Shown here: piece after piece, positions 1 to 9,788 of the stretch
How the letters are laid out: each line of letters begins with the position of its first letter
How positions within the stretch are numbered: the stretch's first letter is position 1
NCBI GenBank assembly: GCA_025463865.1
Contig: JAODBH010000085.1
Span: forward strand, 2,390 to 66,389
DNA: 64,000 bases
Direction of reading: 5' to 3'
DNA from: Actinomycetes bacterium
GTDB lineage: Bacteria > Actinomycetota > Acidimicrobiia > IMCC26256 > Chersky-534
Notes under the pieces: model-generated
The model's input: the letters and a program-made list of their open reading frames with translations, nothing else
What the model was told of the DNA's origin: nothing
Databases searched by the model: none
Position numbers and translations under genes: made by a program

Positions 1-1450
1 AGAAGAGGGCGAAGGTGGCCCGCTGCGCCGCGAGCTCGTTGCGGAGCTGCGGATCCGTGACCTGGGCCTCGGCTTCCAGGACGACCCGCTCGGCTTCCTG
101 GCCGCGGGCGAGGCCGCGGAAGAGATTGTCGCCGCGTGCGAGCGCGACCAATGTGCGCTGCTGATCGGTGACGGTCGCCGCGTCGGTGCCGGACCCGGCC
201 GCGGCGAGGACCAGCTCGGCCTCCTCGTGCTCGCCGAGGTGGTCGAGGGTCTCACCCAGGAGGTGCGCGGCGTCGATCCCCGCGCCCTGCTCCCACGCGA
301 CGCGCGCCAGCCGCCCGACGAGCTCGAAGTCTTCCCGCAGCCTCGCTTCCAGGGCGGCTTCGACGAGGAGCTCAGGCCGGCTGACGTTTCCACACTCGAG
401 CCGCCACACCGCGGCGCGCAGCGAGTCGGTGCGGTCGGCTTCCGGTCGGCGCTCGATTGCGTCGGTGAGCTGCTCGAGCAGCCGCTGCCGCCGACGCTCC
501 GGCAGCCGGGCCCGGATCGCCTCGCCGTAGACCGGGTGCGCGAGCCGCACCGTGTACCGGCCGCTCTCGGCCTGCACGTCGATCAGGCCCCGCCGCTCGA
601 GCTGTTCGACGCGCGCGGGAGCCGTCAGCGACTCCAGCAGATCGACGGCCACCGGTTCGCCCACGGCCACGAGCTCCAGCGCGGCGAGGTCGTCGTCCTC
701 GAGGCCCACGAACCGGTGCTCGACGAGCTCGACGAGTCGGGGCGACGCGGGGAGGTCCCGCGACCGGAGCCGCCAGATGCCGCCGGCGTCGTGGATCCCG
801 CCGGACTCGATCGCCGACTCCACCACCTCGCGCAGGAACAGCGCGTTGCCCCCGCTGATCTGGGCGAGGATGCTCGCGGTCCCACCGTCGACCGGGCCAC
901 CCAGCATTGCGGCCACGAGGTCGCCGACGGTCCGTCCGTCGAACGCGTGGACGTCGAGCCGGGTGAGGAGCTGGTCCTTCCAGAGCGCGAGCACCGGGTC
1001 GGGTGCGGGGTCGCCGGTGCGCACGGTGACCACCGCGAAGATCCGGCCTCGGACGACGAGCTGGTGCAGCAGGGCGGCGGATCCCGGGTCGAGCTCCTGG
1101 GCGTCGTCGACGCCGAGCACGAGGCGGAGACCGTCGGGGGCGGGCGGCTCGGTGATGGCCTCGGCTGCCCGCCACAGGGCATCGGTCTCACCACCCGGGA
1201 CCGCCACGCCCGCCGGCAACAGCGGAGCGAACGCGCCGAACGGAATCGTGCCGACACTCCGGTTGGCCTGGACCCGGGCGGTGCGGTGGCCGGCGAGCGC
1301 CGCGATCCTCAGGACCTCGTTGGCCAGGCGGGTCTTGCCGACCCCGGCCGGGCCCGCGAAGAGCACGCCGTCCGAACCGGTCCCGGCCATGAGCCCCGAG
1401 ACGGCCTGCAACTCGGATTGACGGCCGACGAGCGGCCATTCCCTGGGCAC
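1..1450 (-). CDS. Large ATP-binding regulator (LuxR/MalT-like AAA ATPase N-terminal half), partial; runs off the window
   Basis: Absent from the ORF track because it has no stop in the window. The reverse frame from GTG at 1450 reads VPREWPLVGRQSELQAVSGLMAGTGSDGVLFAGPAGVGKTRLANEVL, with Walker A GPAGVGKT at 1331-1354. A long Leu/Ala-rich helical region follows to position 1, with high GC3. The C-terminal part lies outside the window, so the family call is tentative. Confidence 0.6.
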   Translation of the reverse strand, partial: MPREWPLVGRQSELQAVSGLMAGTGSDGVLFAGPAGVGKTRLANEVLRIAALAGHRTARVQANRSVGTIPFGAFAPLLPAGVAVPGGETDALWRAAEAITEPPAPDGLRLVLGVDDAQELDPGSAALLHQLVVRGRIFAVVTVRTGDPAPDPVLALWKDQLLTRLDVHAFDGRTVGDLVAAMLGGPVDGGTASILAQISGGNALFLREVVESAIESGGIHDAGGIWRLRSRDLPASPRLVELVEHRFVGLEDDDLAALELVAVGEPVAVDLLESLTAPARVEQLERRGLIDVQAESGRYTVRLAHPVYGEAIRARLPERRRQRLLEQLTDAIERRPEADRTDSLRAAVWRLECGNVSRPELLVEAALEARLREDFELVGRLARVAWEQGAGIDAAHLLGETLDHLGEHEEAELVLAAAGSGTDAATVTDQQRTLVALARGDNLFRGLARGQEAERVVLEAEAQVTDPQLRNELAAQRATFALF

Positions 1451-1535
1451 AGCGGGGAATTCTCGCGCGCGCTCGGGAGGCTCCGACCCGGCACGCCGGG
1501 GAATCGGACGGCCCGCCGGTAGGTTGGGGGCCCTG

Positions 1536-3443
1536 ATGCACTCGATGATGATGAGCTACCGCAACGATCCTGCCGCCGTGAAGGGCAAGAAGCTGAACCG
1601 CCGGTTCCTGCGGCGGGTGCTCCAGTTCGCGCGCCCGTACCGCCTCGAGATCGCGCTGTTCATCGTCGTGGTGATCCTCGCCGCGGTGGTCGGCGCCCTG
1701 CCGCCCCTGCTCTTCAAGCGCCTTCTGGACCACGGTCTGCCCGTTGGCAACAAGCCCGGCAACATGGGCATCATCACCTGGCTGGCGATCGCCGGCGTGT
1801 TCCTCGCGATCGCCACCGCGGTTCTCGGGCTGGCCCAGCGCTATTACTCGGCCAAGGTCGGCGAGGGCCTGATCTACGACCTGCGGGTCGGCCTCTTCGA
1901 CCACGTGCAGCGGCTCCCCCTGTCCTTCTTCACCCGCACGCAGACCGGCGCGCTGATGTCGCGCATGAACAACGACGTCATCGGAGCCCAGACCGCGGTC
2001 ACGAGCACGTTGGGCACGGTCCTCTCCAATGTCATCACGTTGGCCGTCACGCTCGGCGTGATGCTGGCGCTGGAGTGGCGGCTCACCATCCTCACGCTCA
2101 TCGTGCTGCCCGCGTTCGTGATTCCGGCCAAGCGGGTCGGTCGGCGGCTGCAACGGATCACCCGGGAGTCGATGGGGCTCAACGCGTCGATGAACACGAC
2201 GATCAACGAGCGCTTCAACGTGTCGGGCGCGCTCGTGGTCAAGCTGTTCGGCCGGTACAAGGACGAGCGCGACACCTTCGCCAACCGCGCCGCGCGGGTC
2301 CGGGACATCGGCGTCACGTCGGCCATGTACTCGAGGGTGCTGTTCGTGGCGCTCGGGGTCGTGGCTGCGGTCGGGACCGCGGTCGTCTACTACGTGGGCG
2401 GCCGACTCGCGATCGACGGGGCGATCTCCGCCGGGACCGTCGGCGCGTTCGTGCTCTACGTCACCCAGATCTATCCGCCACTCACGCAGCTGACGAGCTC
2501 ACGCGTCGACGTGCTGACCGCGCTCGTCAGCTTCGAGCGGGTGTTCGAGGTGCTCGACTTCCCGGCCAACATCGCCGAGAGCGCGCACGCGGTCGCGCTC
2601 ACCGAAGCGAAGGGTGCGATCGACTTCGAGCACGTGTGGTTCCGTCATCCGTCGCCACTCGACTCCTCCCTCGCGTCGCTCGAGGACAGCACCACGCTTT
2701 CCGACGAGCCGAGTGCGTGGATCCTGCAGGACGTGAGCTTCCACGTGGAGCCGGGTGAGGTCGTCGCGCTCGTCGGCCACTCCGGCGCGGGCAAGACCAC
2801 CACCGCGATGCTCATCCCCCGGATCCACGACGCGGTCGAGGGCAGTGTCCGCATCGACGGGCACGACGTGAAGGACCTCACGATCGCGTCGCTGCGCGAC
2901 GCGATCGGCATGGTGAGCCAGGATCCGCACCTGTTCCACGACTCGATCGGCAACAATCTCCGCTACGCGCGTCCCTCGGCCACCAACGACGAGGTCGTCG
3001 ACGCCTGCAAGCGGGCCCGGATCCACGACCTGATCGAGAGCCTCCCCGACGGCTACGACACGCTCGTCGGCGACCGCGGCTACCGCCTGTCGGGGGGTGA
3101 GAAGCAGCGGGTAGCGATCGCCCGGGTACTGCTCAAGGAGCCCGCGATCGTGATCCTCGATGAGGCCACCTCGCACCTCGACTCCGAGTCCGAGCAGGCC
3201 ATCCAGCTCGCGCTCTCCGAGGCGCTCACCGGGCGGACCGCGGTGGTCATCGCGCACCGTCTCAGCACCATCGTGAACGCAGACCGCATCCTCGTGATCG
3301 AGGCCGGCCGGGTCGTCGAGGAAGGCACGCACGGCGAGCTGCTCGCACAGGGTGGCTTGTACTCGGAGCTCTTCCACACGCAGCACGACCTGGGCGCGTC
3401 CGGCCCCGCGTTGACCGTGCTTCCCGCCGCAGAAGGCGCGTGA
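1536..3443 (+). CDS. ABC exporter, fused permease/ATP-binding protein (MsbA/type I exporter-like)
   Basis: ORF 1524..3443. N-terminal multi-TM domain, then an NBD with Walker A GHSGAGKTT, signature LSGGEKQRVAIARV and Walker B IVILDEATSHLD. ATG at 1536 preferred; TTG at 1524 is possible. Confidence 0.9.
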   Translation: MHSMMMSYRNDPAAVKGKKLNRRFLRRVLQFARPYRLEIALFIVVVILAAVVGALPPLLFKRLLDHGLPVGNKPGNMGIITWLAIAGVFLAIATAVLGLAQRYYSAKVGEGLIYDLRVGLFDHVQRLPLSFFTRTQTGALMSRMNNDVIGAQTAVTSTLGTVLSNVITLAVTLGVMLALEWRLTILTLIVLPAFVIPAKRVGRRLQRITRESMGLNASMNTTINERFNVSGALVVKLFGRYKDERDTFANRAARVRDIGVTSAMYSRVLFVALGVVAAVGTAVVYYVGGRLAIDGAISAGTVGAFVLYVTQIYPPLTQLTSSRVDVLTALVSFERVFEVLDFPANIAESAHAVALTEAKGAIDFEHVWFRHPSPLDSSLASLEDSTTLSDEPSAWILQDVSFHVEPGEVVALVGHSGAGKTTTAMLIPRIHDAVEGSVRIDGHDVKDLTIASLRDAIGMVSQDPHLFHDSIGNNLRYARPSATNDEVVDACKRARIHDLIESLPDGYDTLVGDRGYRLSGGEKQRVAIARVLLKEPAIVILDEATSHLDSESEQAIQLALSEALTGRTAVVIAHRLSTIVNADRILVIEAGRVVEEGTHGELLAQGGLYSELFHTQHDLGASGPALTVLPAAEGA

Positions 3444-3533
3444 ACCAGGTCACACGGGTGGATGGCGCAGATCGGGGCGCACCGGCTCACGCGGGGTGCA
3501 CGGGTACGATGACGTGCCCCCTCAGGCATCTGC

Positions 3534-4718
3534 ATGGCTGACACCGACGACAAGACTCCTTCCGGAGCGCGTCGCGCCGCAAGGCTGCGACGGCGCAAGC
3601 ACTGGCGCCTCGGGGCATCGGTGCTAGGAGTGCTGGCCGCCCTCGCCGTCGTCCTGCTGGCCACCGGCGCGATCCCGTTGTCGGCGAACGCGGGGACCGA
3701 GAACACGGTTGCGGTGAAGAGGACGGCCACCACCAACGCCACGGCGCCCGGCGCGTCGGGCGCCAAGGCGCAGAGCAAGCAGCGGGCACTCGATCCGGCC
3801 AAGCCGCTGCAACTGTGGATCGCGGGTGACTCACTCGCCGGCGCGCTCGGCATCAGCCTCGGGCAGATCACCGCCGACACCGGGGTGGTGTCGCCGACGT
3901 TCGACTCCCGCCCGTCGACCGGCCTCGAGAACCCGAGCTTCTACAACTGGCCGCAGCACGCGACCCAGGAGTTGGCCCGCCTCAACCCCGAAGCGGTGGT
4001 CTTCATCGTCGGCGCGAACGACGGCGCGATCGTCACCGGCGAGACCAACGACGCGACCCACGTGCCCGCGTGGAAGGTCGAGTACCGCACGAAGGTCGAC
4101 GCGATGATGGACCTGCTCGTGGGTCCGAGCGGGCGCACGGTCTATTGGGTCGGCGCGCCGATCATGCGCGACACCGTGCTCTCGAAGCAGCTGCTCGAGC
4201 TCAACCAGGTGTTCGTCGAAGAGGCCGCGAAACGCAGCGCGCACGTGACGTACATCGACTCGTACCGCCTCTTCTCCGACTCGACCGGCAAGTACGCGAA
4301 CTCGCTCCCGGACCCGACCGGCACGCTCGTCCGCATGCGCACCGACGACGGCATCCACTTCACGTCGCCGGCCGGTGGCGACCGGATCGCCGACGCCGTC
4401 TTCAAGGAGATGGACGCCGACTGGCACATCACCGACCAGGCCGTGGCGAACCAGCCGCAGGTGGTGCACGAGACCAAGGGCAGCCGCAGCACGCCGCCGG
4501 GCGCGGGGTCGAGCTTCTACGCCGGCACGAGCACCCGGACGACCGCGGCGCGCGCCGCCACCACCGCGCCTCCGGCCACCCGCGCACCGGTCGACACCAC
4601 CAGCACGCCGACCACGACGTCTGCACCCAGCGCCAGCACGACGGCACCCTCCGTCGCCGTCCCACCGGTGGTCATCGGCACTCCCTCGACGACCGCGGCC
4701 GGGACCGCCACACCCTGA
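3534..4718 (+). CDS. Secreted/membrane-anchored SGNH (GDSL-like) hydrolase with Thr/Pro/Ala-rich C-terminal tail
   Basis: N-terminal Arg-rich segment plus TM helix (VLGVLAALAVVLLATGAI), GDS block IAGDSLAG, later GANDG and DDGIHFT (DxxH) blocks. The last ~75 aa are low-complexity T/P/A. Confidence 0.8.
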   Translation: MADTDDKTPSGARRAARLRRRKHWRLGASVLGVLAALAVVLLATGAIPLSANAGTENTVAVKRTATTNATAPGASGAKAQSKQRALDPAKPLQLWIAGDSLAGALGISLGQITADTGVVSPTFDSRPSTGLENPSFYNWPQHATQELARLNPEAVVFIVGANDGAIVTGETNDATHVPAWKVEYRTKVDAMMDLLVGPSGRTVYWVGAPIMRDTVLSKQLLELNQVFVEEAAKRSAHVTYIDSYRLFSDSTGKYANSLPDPTGTLVRMRTDDGIHFTSPAGGDRIADAVFKEMDADWHITDQAVANQPQVVHETKGSRSTPPGAGSSFYAGTSTRTTAARAATTAPPATRAPVDTTSTPTTTSAPSASTTAPSVAVPPVVIGTPSTTAAGTATP

Positions 4719-4766
4719 GGCGGCCGGGCCGGGGCCTTCGGGCTACCCGTCGGTAAGCTCGCCGTC

Positions 4767-6404
4767 ATGACCGACGACGACCTCACCGCCGCCGCCCAGA
4801 CCGTCGACGCGGCGGGCGCCGTGGTCGAGCGGGCCACGGCCCACCTCGCCGCGCTCGCGGAGGTCGACGGGCGCATCAGCGTCAGCCGACTCGACGAGCA
4901 CCAGGTGCTCGCGTACGACCTCGCGCACGCGGCGAGCGCGGTCGCCGCGGCCCGGGTGATGCTCGACTACGCGACGCTCGGCGACCTCGAGGCCGACATC
5001 GCCCGCGCCTTCATCGCCGACGCCGCGGCCGATCTCGGCGCGAAGCTCATCGGGCGCGAAGGCGAGTGGGGCACCGACTCCACAGAGCTCGCGGCGAGCG
5101 TGCCGTTCATCTCGGCCTACCGGGACCCGGTGTTCCTGGCCGGTCTGGCCGACCGTCTCGTCGGATTCGGTACCGGACCCGCGCACCTGTCCGACGACTT
5201 CGAGCTGGTGCAGGAGACGTTCCACCGCTTCGCCGAGGACAAGATCCGTCCCGTCGCCGAGCACGTCCACCGCGACAACACCGACATCCCCGAGAGCGTG
5301 ATCGGCGGCCTCGCCGAGATCGGCGGCTTCGGGCTCTCGGTGCCCGAGGAGTTCGGCGGGTTCGCGGCCGGCGGCGAGTCCGACTACATGGGCATGGTCG
5401 TCGCGACCGAGGAGCTCAGCTGGGGATCGCTCGGCGTGGGCGGATCGCTCATCACCCGGCCCGAGATCCTCACCCGGGCGCTGGTGAAGGGTGGGACCGA
5501 GGAGCAGAAGCAGCGCTGGCTCCCCGACCTCGCGTCGGGCGTGAAGATGGCCGGGGTCATGGTCACCGAGCCGGACTACGGCTCCGACGTCGCGGGCGTG
5601 AAGGTCACCGCCAACCCCGTCGAAGGCGGATACGCGATCAACGGCGTGAAGACGTGGTGCACGTTCGCCGGCCGGGCCAACCTCCTCATGCTGCTCGTGC
5701 GAACCGATCCCGACCGCAGCGCGGGCCACCGAGGGCTCTCGATGTTCGTGGTCGAGAAGGAGTCGGCGCCCGGCCACTCGTTCGCGTTCGCACAGGACGG
5801 CGGCGGCACCATGGAGGGCCGCGCCATCGACACGCTGGGCTACCGCGGCATGCACAGCTACGAGGTCGCGTTCTCCGACTGGTTCGTGCCGGCCGACAAC
5901 CTCGTCGGACTCGAGGCGGGTCTCGGCCGCGGCTTCTACCTCCAGATGGCCGGCTTCGAGAACGGTCGGCTCCAGACCGCGGCGCGCGCCGTCGGCCTGA
6001 TGCAGGCCGCGTACGAGGCCGCGCTCACGTACGCGCAGGAGCGCACCGTCTTCGGGCGACCGGAGTTCGACTACCAGCTGACCAAGGTGAAGCTCGCCCG
6101 CATGGCCGTGCTCATCCAGGCCGGACGCCAGTTCGCCTACGCCGTCGCACGAATGATGGCCAACGGCGAAGGCGTGCTCGAGGCGTCGATGGTGAAGGCC
6201 TACGTGTGCCGCTCCGCGGAGTGGGTGACCCGCGAGGCGATGCAGATCCACGGCGGCATGGGCTACGCCGAGGAGTTCGCGGTCTCCCGCTACTTCGTCG
6301 ACGCCCGCGTCCTCTCCATCTTCGAAGGCGCCGACGAGACCCTCTGCCTCCGCGTCATCGCCCGCCGCCTGGCCGAACAAGCTCTCGAAGCCACCCCCGC
6401 GTAG
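4767..6404 (+). CDS. Acyl-CoA dehydrogenase family protein with N-terminal extension
   Basis: 545 aa. Core resembles ACADs (FRFAEDKIRP, GFGLSVPEEFGG, TEPDYGSDVAGVKV, IHGGMGYAEEF, IFEGADE). Confidence 0.9.
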   Translation: MTDDDLTAAAQTVDAAGAVVERATAHLAALAEVDGRISVSRLDEHQVLAYDLAHAASAVAAARVMLDYATLGDLEADIARAFIADAAADLGAKLIGREGEWGTDSTELAASVPFISAYRDPVFLAGLADRLVGFGTGPAHLSDDFELVQETFHRFAEDKIRPVAEHVHRDNTDIPESVIGGLAEIGGFGLSVPEEFGGFAAGGESDYMGMVVATEELSWGSLGVGGSLITRPEILTRALVKGGTEEQKQRWLPDLASGVKMAGVMVTEPDYGSDVAGVKVTANPVEGGYAINGVKTWCTFAGRANLLMLLVRTDPDRSAGHRGLSMFVVEKESAPGHSFAFAQDGGGTMEGRAIDTLGYRGMHSYEVAFSDWFVPADNLVGLEAGLGRGFYLQMAGFENGRLQTAARAVGLMQAAYEAALTYAQERTVFGRPEFDYQLTKVKLARMAVLIQAGRQFAYAVARMMANGEGVLEASMVKAYVCRSAEWVTREAMQIHGGMGYAEEFAVSRYFVDARVLSIFEGADETLCLRVIARRLAEQALEATPA

Positions 6405-6410
6405 GTCCGC

Positions 6411-6803
6411 TCAAGAACCTGACACCCACGCGTCGGCTTCGATCTCGACGAGCCACCGGGGGTCGAGCAACGCGTTGACGACGATCTGGGTGGCCGCGGG
6501 GCGGACGTCGCGGAAGACCTCGGCGTGGGCGCGGGCGACGTCGTCCGCGAACGCTATGTCGGTGAGATACATGCGGGTGCGCACCACGTCGGCCGGGGTG
6601 GCGTCGAGCTCCGCCAGCGCGGCGGTGATGATCTCCAGGCAACGGACCGCCTGCCCGTAGGCGTCAGGACGACACGACCCGTCGGGCTCCACCGGCGCGG
6701 TCCCCGACACCCAGATCTGTTGCCCGACCCGCACCGCGCGGCTGAACCCGATCGTCGCCTCGAACGGCGAACCCGACTGCGCGCGTCGTCGCTCCGTCGT
6801 CAT
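6411..6803 (-). CDS. RidA/YjgF/TdcF family reactive-intermediate deaminase
   Basis: Last 130 codons of ORF 6411..7541, from ATG at 6803: MTTERRRAQSGSPFEATIGFSRAVRVGQQIWVSGTAP...RTRMYLTDI...VEIEADA. The upstream part of that ORF is antisense to nothing and Arg-rich, so it is rejected. Confidence 0.85.
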   Translation of the reverse strand: MTTERRRAQSGSPFEATIGFSRAVRVGQQIWVSGTAPVEPDGSCRPDAYGQAVRCLEIITAALAELDATPADVVRTRMYLTDIAFADDVARAHAEVFRDVRPAATQIVVNALLDPRWLVEIEADAWVSGS

Positions 6804-6829
6804 CCGCCGAACGGTAGTGAGCCGTGCCG

Positions 6830-7906
6830 CTACGGGAGCCTGAATTTCAACTCGGGGAACGAGCGGCCGTCGACGAGGTCGGCGAGGAGCTTGCCGATGA
6901 TCGGGGTGAACTTGAAGCCGTGGCCGGAGCAGGGTGAGGCGACGACGAGCGGGCCGACCCGGTCGACGATGAAGTCGTGCGTCGGGGTCGACGTGTAGAG
7001 GCAGGTGGCGCTGGTGACCGGGTCGGGGTCGAGGCCGGGGAACCACTCGGTCACGTAGTCGACGACGCGCATCGCGGCGAGGGGATCGATCACGCCGTCG
7101 CGCTCGTCGGGGTGCGCGAACTCCGTGCCGGTGTGGTGCTCGGCGACCTTCACGCCCTCGCCCGGGGTCAGCAGCCCGTAGTGGTTCGGCTCGGAGTGGT
7201 GCACGAAGCTGGGCCAGAACTCGAAGGGGTCGCGGGGCGGGAAGTGCAGGATCTGCTCCTGGGTCACCTTCATCGCCGGCAGGTTCACGAGGTCGGCGAG
7301 GAGCGACGTCACCCACGCGCCCGCGGCGACCACCACCACCGGGGCCTCGTACATGTCGACCGCGGTGCGGACGCGCAGCCCGAGGCTCGACGGCTCGAAG
7401 CCGAGCACCTTCTCGTTGAACCGGAACTCGGCGCCGTCGCGCTCGGCGCACGTCTCCAACGCGTCGAGCGTGGCCCGCGCGTAGATGCGCCCGGCGCCGG
7501 GTTGGAAGACGACGGCCTCGTCGAACCGCATGCCCGGCCACCGTTCACGGGCCTCGGCCGGGGCGAGGACGTCGCTGGGAACCCCGCGGGAGTCGAGCGC
7601 CGCCACGATCTCGGCGACGTCGGCGGCGGGACCGTGGTCGACGCCACCGGTGGTGGTCAAGAGCTCTACCTGGGCCGTCTCCTCGAGCTCCTCCCACAGC
7701 GGGAGCGCGGCCTGGGCGAGGCGCACGTAGACCGGATCGGCGTAGGCGAGGCGGAAGATGCGCGACCCGCCGTGCGAGCTGCCGCGGTCGTGACCGGCCG
7801 TGAACTGCTCGAGCACGGTGACCGATCGCCCGCGCCGGGAGAGCTCCCATGCCGCGGCCGAGCCCATCGCGCCGGCACCGATGACGATGACATCACTCCG
7901 CTGCAC
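6830..7906 (-). CDS. FAD-dependent monomeric sarcosine oxidase / N-methyltryptophan oxidase family protein
   Basis: Dinucleotide-binding start DVIVIGAGAMGSAAAWEL and C-terminal CSGHGFKF (the covalent-flavin Cys motif of the MSOX/MTOX family). Confidence 0.85.
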   Translation of the reverse strand: MQRSDVIVIGAGAMGSAAAWELSRRGRSVTVLEQFTAGHDRGSSHGGSRIFRLAYADPVYVRLAQAALPLWEELEETAQVELLTTTGGVDHGPAADVAEIVAALDSRGVPSDVLAPAEARERWPGMRFDEAVVFQPGAGRIYARATLDALETCAERDGAEFRFNEKVLGFEPSSLGLRVRTAVDMYEAPVVVVAAGAWVTSLLADLVNLPAMKVTQEQILHFPPRDPFEFWPSFVHHSEPNHYGLLTPGEGVKVAEHHTGTEFAHPDERDGVIDPLAAMRVVDYVTEWFPGLDPDPVTSATCLYTSTPTHDFIVDRVGPLVVASPCSGHGFKFTPIIGKLLADLVDGRSFPELKFRLP

Positions 7907-7924
7907 GGAGGGATCGTAGGGCCG

Positions 7925-8860
7925 TCAGCCCTCGGTACCGCGCGTCATCCCGGCGCGTTCGCCTCGGGTGACGAACTTCACGGCCATCTTGCGGCTCGCC
8001 TCGTCGATCATCTCGTCGCCGAACATGACCGCCCCCTTGCGGTCGGTCTCGGTGGCCTGCTTGTAGGCGTCGAGGATCGCGAGGGCCTTGTCGAACTGCT
8101 CCTGCGTGGGGGTGAACACCTCGTTGATGACCTTCACCTGGTCGGGGTGCAGCGCCCACTTCCCGTCGTAGCCGAGGATCCGGGTGCGCATCGAGTAGTC
8201 GCGCAGCGCGTCGAGCTCACGGATCTTGAGGAACGGGCCGTCGATCACCTGCAGGCCGTAGGCGCGGCCCGCCATCAGGATCTTGCTGAAGACGTAGTGG
8301 AAGTGGTCGCCCGGGTACTCCGGGATCTGCACCCCACCGGTGAGCACCGGCATCTCCATCGACGCGGCGAAGTCGGCGGGACCGAAGATGATCGTCTCCA
8401 GCCGGGGCGAGGCCGCGCAGATCTCCTCGACGTTGATGAGGCCCATCGTCGTCTCGATCTGGGCCTCGATCCCGACTCGGGAGCGGCCGGTGTTCGCCTC
8501 GATCTGGGTGAGCAGCAGGTCGAGTGCGACGACCTCGGACGCGCGCTGCACCTTCGGGAGCATCAACTCGTCGAGACGCTCGCCCGACTGCTCGACGATG
8601 TGGATGACGTCCTGGTAGGTCCACTTGGTGTCCCAGGCGTTGATCCGCACGCAGAGGACCGTGTCGCCCCAGTCGTTGTCGTTGATCGCGCTGACGACGT
8701 TGGCGCGCGCCGCCTCCTTCTCCAGGGGCGCGACCGAGTCCTCGAGGTCGAGGAACACCATGTCGGCGCCGAGCGACGGCCCCTTGGCGAGCATCTTGGG
8801 GCTCGAGCCCGGGATCGACAGGCAGGTGCGACGGGGAAGGTAACGCGAGCGTTCGGACAT
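7925..8860 (-). CDS. HpcH/HpaI aldolase-CitE family lyase (citryl/malyl-CoA lyase-like)
   Basis: RRTCLSIPGSSPKMLAKGPSLGADMVFLDLEDSVAP, IEAQIET, GPADFAAS: typical CitE/malyl-CoA lyase blocks. Confidence 0.85.
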   Translation of the reverse strand: MSERSRYLPRRTCLSIPGSSPKMLAKGPSLGADMVFLDLEDSVAPLEKEAARANVVSAINDNDWGDTVLCVRINAWDTKWTYQDVIHIVEQSGERLDELMLPKVQRASEVVALDLLLTQIEANTGRSRVGIEAQIETTMGLINVEEICAASPRLETIIFGPADFAASMEMPVLTGGVQIPEYPGDHFHYVFSKILMAGRAYGLQVIDGPFLKIRELDALRDYSMRTRILGYDGKWALHPDQVKVINEVFTPTQEQFDKALAILDAYKQATETDRKGAVMFGDEMIDEASRKMAVKFVTRGERAGMTRGTEG

Positions 8861-8908
8861 GGCCGGGAGGCTAATCCCTGGCCCCGATCACGAGCACAGC
8901 CGGGCCGT

Positions 8909-9763
8909 ATGCTCGTTCCCGTGTCCGACGACCCCGCGAACCTCGCGCTCACCGAGCTGGCCGACGGCGTGTTCGCGTGGCTCCCACCGAACAGCCGTAC
9001 CGGCGTCTCGAACGCCGGGATCGTGGTGGAGGACGACGGCATCACCGTGATCGACACCCTGATGGTCCGTTCGCAGTGGGAGCCGTTCGCGGAGGCGGTC
9101 AAGGCCTTCGACCGTCCGGTCCGTCGCACGATCCTCACCAACGCGCACATCGACCACGTGGGCGGGACGAAGGCGTTTCCGGCGTCGGGCGTGTACGCGT
9201 CGCCGCAGACGAGCGACCTCCTCGACCTCGAGATGCCGATCGAGGCCTACCGGAACTTCATGCCCGAGTTCGCCGACGAGCTCACCGAGCTGGCCGAGCT
9301 CGGCACCCGGGCCGCGACCCACATCGTCGACGGCGCGGCGCAGTTCACCGAGCGCATCGAGGTGCTCCCCGCGGCCGGGCACACGTCGGGCGACCTGCTC
9401 GTGCTGATCGCCGACGCCGACATCTGCTTCGCCGGCGACCTCTGCTTCTTCGGCGTCACCCCGCTCGCGTTCCAGGGCGATCCCGCGCTGTGGGCCGACG
9501 TGCTCGACGCGGTGGCCGAGCTCGCCGACATCCTCGTGCCGGGCCACGGACCCGTCGGCGGGGAGGAGGAGCTGCGCGACCTGCAGCGCTACCTGCGCGC
9601 CTGCGTCGCGGCCGACGGCGACGTCGCGGCGATCGGACCGGGCCCGTGGGACAGCTGGGTCGAGCGGGACCGCGACGCGATCAACGTCGAGCGCGCCGCG
9701 CTGATGGCCCAAGGCAGGGACGACGTCCCGCCGTCGATGCTCCGGGCGATGGGGTTCGGTTGA
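8909..9763 (+). CDS. MBL-fold metallo-hydrolase
   Basis: Only the last 284 codons of ORF 6977..9763 look coding (ATG at 8909). NAHIDHVGG metal motif, later AAGHTSGD and VPGHGP. Confidence 0.8.
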   Translation: MLVPVSDDPANLALTELADGVFAWLPPNSRTGVSNAGIVVEDDGITVIDTLMVRSQWEPFAEAVKAFDRPVRRTILTNAHIDHVGGTKAFPASGVYASPQTSDLLDLEMPIEAYRNFMPEFADELTELAELGTRAATHIVDGAAQFTERIEVLPAAGHTSGDLLVLIADADICFAGDLCFFGVTPLAFQGDPALWADVLDAVAELADILVPGHGPVGGEEELRDLQRYLRACVAADGDVAAIGPGPWDSWVERDRDAINVERAALMAQGRDDVPPSMLRAMGFG

Positions 9764-9788
9764 GCCGGGATCCGATCGGCAGTGCGCA

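Noticed and set aside
6977-9763. 928-aa plus-strand ORF
   Set aside because: Only the last 284 codons (from ATG 8909) form the MBL-fold hydrolase. The upstream two-thirds are antisense to the sarcosine-oxidase-like and CitE-like genes and are Arg/Gly/Asp/Val-rich low-complexity sequence with no recognisable motifs.
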